64,000 nucleotides of DNA from Longimicrobiales bacterium (GTDB taxonomy: Bacteria > Gemmatimonadota > Gemmatimonadetes > Longimicrobiales > Gaopeijiaceae): the NCBI GenBank assembly GCA_963664435.2, contig CAXXKM010000003.1, positions 1,088,001-1,152,000 on the forward strand, given 5' to 3'. Position 1 is the first letter of the stretch; every line of letters begins with the position of its first letter. Shown in pieces: positions 58,953 to 64,000 of the stretch. The notes under the pieces were generated by a model that was not told the DNA's origin, ran no database searches, and saw only the letters and a program-made list of their open reading frames with translations. A program made the position numbers and the translations under genes.

Positions 58953-59794
58953 TCCCCATGGCGTCGCCCCTGCGGTCACCCCAGCCCTCTCTCGATCCTC
59001 CAGTTTCGCGATCCGGCGCTCGTTCGGGCCGAGGCCGCTGACAGGGCCTTCCGCAGGCCCGCGCGGGCGCGCCCCTTCGGCAGCCGCTCGCGGTATCGGT
59101 CGAACTCCCTCTGTCTCGTCCTCGGACAGCATGAAGAAGTCGGTCTCGTTCATTTCGGTTACTCAAGGACCCCAAGGGCCCCCGCTCCAGACCTACAATT
59201 GTGCGGAAAACGCGCAAGCGATGCTAGCTCCGTTGCAGTTCTCACCGCAACTTCGGGTCCTTCGGAAGAGGGGGCAGCGGAGAGTGCTCTTGGTCCGGCG
59301 ACGCAGAAGCCCTGGTGCCCAAGCCACCCGCCAACGATACAGCGGGCAGTACAAAGAACGCGGCAGGAGCCGGGGCTTGCTGGTTCTGGCTTCCGCTCAG
59401 CCATCGACGACCCTCCGGTAGAGGCCGCAGACGAATGGCGAATTCGAGGCCGGCCGCCTTCGCCGACTCCTGGAGGTCGGCGAACTTCTCGGCGTCGACG
59501 CGCTTCTCGCTGTACTCCTCGCCGGGAGCAGCCGAGGTATCGCAGTCCTTCCAGAATCCCTTGTTGAAGTCGCTTTGCCGCCCCTGCACCGGTAACCGTG
59601 CTCGCAAACGAGGGGTGGGGGAGTCTCCGACGGTCCAGTAAGCCCTCGCCGGGGCTGCCCGGACCTTGAACCGGTGGCGTCCGTGCGCAACGCCTCCGCC
59701 GACCTGCATCTCCGGTCCTCCCAAGCCCCCTACCGGAAGTCCCGGGCGTCCCGCCGAGGGCATTCAGACGCGCTGCTGGCGGCAGTGTCCTTTG

Positions 59795-60249
59795 GCTACT
59801 TTACGGTATCGACCATCCTCGAACGTTATCGGACATAGGGCGCCTCGCTACGAGTTGACTCGCCTGCAAGAGGCTTGTCACCGTTCCTTGCATGGCAAGG
59901 GGCGGCTCCGCCCCCCCGACCCCAAGGGCCTTCCGCGCCGGTGTCCGCCGAAACCCGGACAGGGCGGACGGCGCAGAGGTGAAGAGTGTCCTCGTCCCGA
60001 GACCGGCGCCATTGGTCGACGGGCAGGCGGGAAAGGGATGGTGCAGGACACCACCCAACTCTTCAAGCTGTTCGCCGACAACCCGGACTTCCGGCGGTGG
60101 CTGACGGACGCCGTTTTCCGGCTGGCCTACGAAGCGACGGGCTGACGAGCGCGGGCGGCGTTACGGGGGCGTGTTTCCGCCCCGTTGGCGACGACCGCCG
60201 CCTGCTACTTTACGTTATCGGACCTCCTCGGACGTTATCGGCCAATAGG
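59795..60249. repeat. Two ~45-bp imperfect direct repeats (59795-59839, 60204-60249) containing CGTTATCGG boxes
   Basis: GCTACTTTACG(G/T)TATCG...CCTCG(A/G)ACGTTATCGG...ATAGG occurs twice. Confidence 0.75.
60035..60145 (+). pseudogene. C-terminal remnant of a type I restriction endonuclease R subunit
   Basis: DTTQLFKLFADNPDFRRWLTDAVFRLAY resembles HsdR C-termini (recalled similarity). Confidence 0.55.
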
Positions 60250-60849
60250 AGATTTTCGACGGGTTGACTTGCCGGCGAGCGCCTCTTCAGCGTTCCAGGT
60301 ATGGAGACGCAGAAGTACCTGTTCAGCATGCGGGTCGGCACCTCCCTCGGGGACACCGGCGCGCCGTCCCCGAGGGCATTGGTGATGAAGGCCTCCGGTT
60401 CGGACCTCGGCGATGGCCCCGTCCCCGAAGCCCCCAAGGTGGACGCGGATCGGCTTCGGCGGCCTTCGTCCCCGCCGACTGGATTGAAACCAGTCGCGGA
60501 TGAACTCCGTCATATGCCGCCCTTCGGCTCACCGAAGCGTGGAGGGCAGCACGAGCAAACGAGGCGAAACACCGGAGGAGACGCACGTAGTCAGGTTGAT
60601 CCACGCCACGGCGGAACCGGTGCCCGCGCCCCTCGACAGGGACGCTGGGGGGATCGGTCGCCGCTTTGGCTTCGGGGGTACATGGACGGCGCGGCATTGC
60701 TGGCCACCATCCCACCGTTGGCCGCGCTTCGCGAGGCCCGTCTGAACGGGTTCCCCGGAGCGCGTGCGGTGGTGCGCCGCCACGGCATTGGCGGCAGCCG
60801 GCGACGGGTCTCGGACACGTCGCCGACGGGGTCGTTGGACGCGGCTAAG

Positions 60850-60890
60850 GGCGGTAAGCCAGCCTACCCGTTGTCATACAACGGGGCTGG
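60850..60890 (-). other. Putative oriT with a ColE1-type nic motif CTGG^CTTA
   Basis: TAAGCCAG at 60855-60862 next to the inverted repeat CCCGTTGT-CAT-ACAACGGG, ~130 bp upstream of mobC. Confidence 0.65.
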
Positions 60891-60994
60891 CGAGGGGATG
60901 GCTCCCGCCCCCCCTTCGAACCCCCCGCGCGTCGCGCTCCCGTGGAGGTCGCGCTTGGGGGCGCCGCCCCCATCCCCCGCGCCGGTGCGGCGTG

Positions 60995-61333
60995 ATGCCA
61001 GAGCGCCGCACCGCCGTCGTCACCGCCCGCGTATCGGCGACCGAGTTCGCCGACTGGCGGGCCAAAGCCGCAGCCGCAGGCGTGCCCCTGTCGGCGCTCA
61101 TCCGGCGAGCCATGGCCCGTACTCGGACCTGGACGGCCCGCGCGGCCGAGGTCGAGCGCGAGCGCACCCGGGAGGCCGGCCGCATCGGCAACAACCTCAA
61201 CCAGATCGCTCGGTGGGCAAACACCCACAAGGGGTCGGCCGAGGCCGTCGAGGTGATCGCCCGCCTTGTCGCCATAGAGCGGGCCCTCACGGCGCTTGCT
61301 CGCTTCGAGAGCCCGGACTCCGATGCACATTAA
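60995..61333 (+). CDS. mobC: Relaxosome accessory protein MobC (MbeC-like)
   Basis: RHH-like N-terminus plus RIGNNLNQIAR motif. Confidence 0.9.
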   Translation: MPERRTAVVTARVSATEFADWRAKAAAAGVPLSALIRRAMARTRTWTARAAEVERERTREAGRIGNNLNQIARWANTHKGSAEAVEVIARLVAIERALTALARFESPDSDAH

Positions 61334-62867
61334 GTTCCTGGCGCACGGGACCGGCTCGGCCGGCAAGGCGGCTGGCTACCTGTTGGGGGAGCGGGACGCC
61401 GCCGGGAAGCCGCGCGAGGGCGTCGAGGTGCTGCGCGGGAACCCGGACATGGTGGCCGCGGTGGCCGATTCGCTCGACTTCGAGCACAGGTACACGTCCG
61501 GCGTGATCGCCTGGGCGCCGGACGACCAACCCACCGACGAGCAGATCGAGGCGGTCCTGGACGCCTTCGAGAAGACGGCCTGGGCGGGACTGGAACCCGA
61601 CCGCTACGCATGGGCGGCCGTGCTCCACCGCGAGCGCGGCGGAGGGGCTCACGTCCACGTCCTTGCCGCACGGTGTGACCTCGAAACCGGCCGCAGCCTC
61701 AACATCGCGCCTCCGGGATGGCGGAGGGCGTTCGATCCGCTCCGCGACGCCTTCAACCACGAGCACGGCTGGAGCCGGCCGGACGATCCGGCCAGGGCCA
61801 GAGTGCAGCACCCCGGCCACCGCGCCTACGTCGAAGCGGCACAGCTGCGGGCCGGGCTCCGGCTCGAATCCTCCCCCCGCGACCTGATCCGGGACTACCT
61901 GTTTCAGAGGGTCGAGCACGGCACGGTGCGGAATCGCCACGATGTCGTGTACGCACTGCGGGAGGCGGGCCTCGAAGTGCCGCGCCAGGGCAAGGACTAC
62001 CTCACCGCGCTCGACCCCGAGACCGGGGACCGGTGGCGGCTGAAAGGAGAACTGTATGGAGAGAACTTCGACCGCGAACGATTTGACCGAACGGCTGCGG
62101 AGACGGCTGGAGAGCGAACGCAGGGAGATCGAGGAGTTGACCGCGAGCGAGCTCGCACAGCTCGCCGAGAACTCGCGGCGCGTCGTGAGGAACGCGCTGC
62201 GTACCATCGAGCGCGATACGGAGGAGGCGACCGGGCGGATGCGCGAGTTGCTGGTCAAGGCGTGGCTCCGGCCGCTGATCGTCGGCCTGAGTCTTTGGAT
62301 CGGTTTCTTCGGCGGAAGCTGGGCGACGATGCGCTGGTTGGCGGGCAGCATTCAGGACCGGATCGTGACCCGCGCCGAACTAAACCGGGACATCGAGGAC
62401 GCCCGGCGAACGCTGGCCCAACTGGAGGTGGATACCTGGGGGCTCGTGTTCCACGAGATCGAGGGCGAGCGGTTCGTGGTGGTGCCGGACGGGGTGCTGG
62501 CCGATCCGCCCTGGTGGGTGGACGGGGATCGTCCGGCGTTGAAGCTGTCGAACGAGTAAAGGAGGTCTATGACGCGTTAGAGGAGCAGTTGACGAGAGCC
62601 TTGCGGAGGCTGTGCGCGCAGTACGAAACGGAACAGCGGCGGCACTCCGGGCAGGTCGAAGCCTTGCAGCGGCAGGTCGAAGCCTTGCAAGGGCGCGTCG
62701 AGCGGCAAAGCGGGGAGAACGAAGCCTTGCGGCAGCACGTCGAGCGGCAGAGCGCGGAGAACGAAGCCTTGCAGATGCGAATCGAGCGGCTCGACGCGCT
62801 AGCGACACGCTTGGCCGAGTATTCCGGGACATCCGCCGTCGCGAGACCGCGCGGCCTCGGTATCTGA
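61323..62867 (+). CDS. mobA: Relaxase, ColE1 MbeA/MOBP5-like
   Basis: MHIKF...GTGS...YLL, RYTSGVIAW, HRE...HVHV, TGRSLNIAPP; coiled-coil tail. Confidence 0.9.
   Translation: MHIKFLAHGTGSAGKAAGYLLGERDAAGKPREGVEVLRGNPDMVAAVADSLDFEHRYTSGVIAWAPDDQPTDEQIEAVLDAFEKTAWAGLEPDRYAWAAVLHRERGGGAHVHVLAARCDLETGRSLNIAPPGWRRAFDPLRDAFNHEHGWSRPDDPARARVQHPGHRAYVEAAQLRAGLRLESSPRDLIRDYLFQRVEHGTVRNRHDVVYALREAGLEVPRQGKDYLTALDPETGDRWRLKGELYGENFDRERFDRTAAETAGERTQGDRGVDRERARTARRELAARREERAAYHRARYGGGDRADARVAGQGVAPAADRRPESLDRFLRRKLGDDALVGGQHSGPDRDPRRTKPGHRGRPANAGPTGGGYLGARVPRDRGRAVRGGAGRGAGRSALVGGRGSSGVEAVERVKEVYDALEEQLTRALRRLCAQYETEQRRHSGQVEALQRQVEALQGRVERQSGENEALRQHVERQSAENEALQMRIERLDALATRLAEYSGTSAVARPRGLGI
62056..62559 (+). 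CDS. MbeB-like mobilization protein nested in the relaxase gene (alternative frame)
   Basis: AAGGAG RBS, coiled coil plus TM helix, nested position as in ColE1 mbeB. Confidence 0.7.
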   Translation: MERTSTANDLTERLRRRLESERREIEELTASELAQLAENSRRVVRNALRTIERDTEEATGRMRELLVKAWLRPLIVGLSLWIGFFGGSWATMRWLAGSIQDRIVTRAELNRDIEDARRTLAQLEVDTWGLVFHEIEGERFVVVPDGVLADPPWWVDGDRPALKLSNE

Positions 62868-63048
62868 TGCGCCGCCCGGGACCGGACCGCGATCAGGGTC
62901 CGAGCCGCTGACGATGGCGTCCAGTCGCTTGCCACCCGAACGCCGCAGCGTCCGGCGCGCCGTCAACCGCCCGTCTGGCGGAGACGCCTTGCCGAAGCGA
63001 AGTTTCAAACGCGCAGATCGTGCGGTCCATCACGAGAGGAATCGAGTG

Positions 63049-64000
63049 ATGGCACGCACGAAACGAAGTCGGCGCTCGTACAGCGCCGGCGAATGGGGCC
63101 GGAATCGGGTCCGGGTCTTTACCGATCCCAGAACCGGCATCATCCAGGTCGACTGGCGCGAGAACGGGCGCAGGCTCACCCGGTCGCTGAAGCACCGCGA
63201 CTGGGCGCTGGCCAAGAAGCAGGCCGACGAGATCGCCGCCGGGCTCGCCGAGCCGGTGGCCGCGGGCCCGGCCGAAGCCGAGCTCGAGCCGCTCACCCTC
63301 AAGACGCTTTTTGACATCTACGTTGAAGAGGTGACGCCCACCAAGGCGGACTCGTCTCAGCAGTCCGACCGGGCCGCGATGCGGATGTTCCTCCGGTTCT
63401 TCGGGAAGCACCGAAAAGCCGCGACGCTCTCCCGGCGTGACTGGGATCGCTTCATCCGGGCGCGCCGCGCGGGAAAGGCCGGCGGCAGCCGTCGGCCCGT
63501 CGCCGGCCGGACCATTCAAAAGGACCTGAAGTTGCTGCTCGCGGTCCTCAATTGGGCCGCGAGATCGCGGGACGAGGAGGGAAGGCTCCTCCTCGCGTCG
63601 AATCCGCTCCGGGGCCTCAAGTCTCCGACCGAGAAGAACCCGCTCCGGGTGACGCTCACCCAAGCGGAGTACGAGGCGCTGCTTCGGGTGGCCGGGGACG
63701 TGGATTGGCGGTTCCGCGTGGCTCTGGTTCTTGCCCACGAGACGGGACACCGTATCGGGGCGATCTGCAAGCTTCGCTGGTCCGATGTCGACCTCGAGGC
63801 TAGGACCATCCGGTGGCGCAGCGAACACGAGAAGACCGGGTACGAACACCAAACGCCGATCACCTCCATGGCGCGGGCCATTCTGGTGGAGGCGCGCAGG
63901 CGCAACCCCGGGATCGGCGACGCGCCGGTGATGCCCGCGCCGAAGGACCCTTCGGCGTGCATGACCCGCTGGCTGGCGAGCGGTTGGTGGAAGAAGGCCG
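63049..64000 (+). CDS. Tyrosine recombinase/integrase (partial, runs off the window)
   Basis: Manual translation MARTKRSRRSYSAGEWGRNRVRVF...; box I LAHETGHRIGAICKLRWSDVDL and catalytic Lys region EHEKTG. Confidence 0.88.
   Translation, partial: MARTKRSRRSYSAGEWGRNRVRVFTDPRTGIIQVDWRENGRRLTRSLKHRDWALAKKQADEIAAGLAEPVAAGPAEAELEPLTLKTLFDIYVEEVTPTKADSSQQSDRAAMRMFLRFFGKHRKAATLSRRDWDRFIRARRAGKAGGSRRPVAGRTIQKDLKLLLAVLNWAARSRDEEGRLLLASNPLRGLKSPTEKNPLRVTLTQAEYEALLRVAGDVDWRFRVALVLAHETGHRIGAICKLRWSDVDLEARTIRWRSEHEKTGYEHQTPITSMARAILVEARRRNPGIGDAPVMPAPKDPSACMTRWLASGWWKKA

Larger units (their letters stand above)
43935..64000. mobile_element. Integrative mobilizable element/genomic island inserted at tRNA-Val (other end beyond the window)
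   Basis: tRNA 3' fragment at the left border; oriT, mob genes and tyrosine integrase at the right; IS debris and accessory cargo between. Confidence 0.8.

Noticed and set aside
58818..59153. 111-aa ORF overlapping scaffold B as a real protein
   Set aside because: Its C-terminus is the tnpB-remnant frame of the repeat and the rest has no recognizable domain; cannot be supported, though not excluded.
60470..60500. ATTGAAAC resembling a CRISPR repeat end
   Set aside because: Single occurrence forming the loop of a CGACTGG/CCAGTCG hairpin; no repeat-spacer array or cas genes.

Overview
High-GC bacterial chromosome segment; gene content and style suggest Gemmatimonadota (inference). Positions 1-43.9 kb are core genome, almost all on the minus strand: comEC, a LapA-family gene, miaB, a beta-barrel gene, a cytidine deaminase fused to a lipoprotein, alr, mazG, asnS, recG, ftsY, an M23 peptidase, the dcw cluster mraZ-rsmH-ftsL-ftsI-murE(frameshifted)-murF-mraY-murD-ftsW-murG-murC-ftsQ-ftsA-ftsZ, TPR/thioesterase/DUF4097 genes, a 4-gene molybdoenzyme-NrfCD-TorD-SulP operon and HU. 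An orphan tRNA-Val(TAC) 3' half at 43935-43976 marks the border of an integrated mobilizable island that runs past the window end (oriT, mobC, relaxase, mbeB-like, tyrosine integrase). The island carries IS debris, an infA gene and the most interesting locus: two giant surface-protein genes followed by a truncated, apparently nuclease-dead TnpB, with two tandem ~189-bp copies of a tnpB 3'-end/omegaRNA-like scaffold upstream, each followed by a different putative guide. This is a candidate RNA-guided (TldR-like) regulatory system linked to surface proteins.
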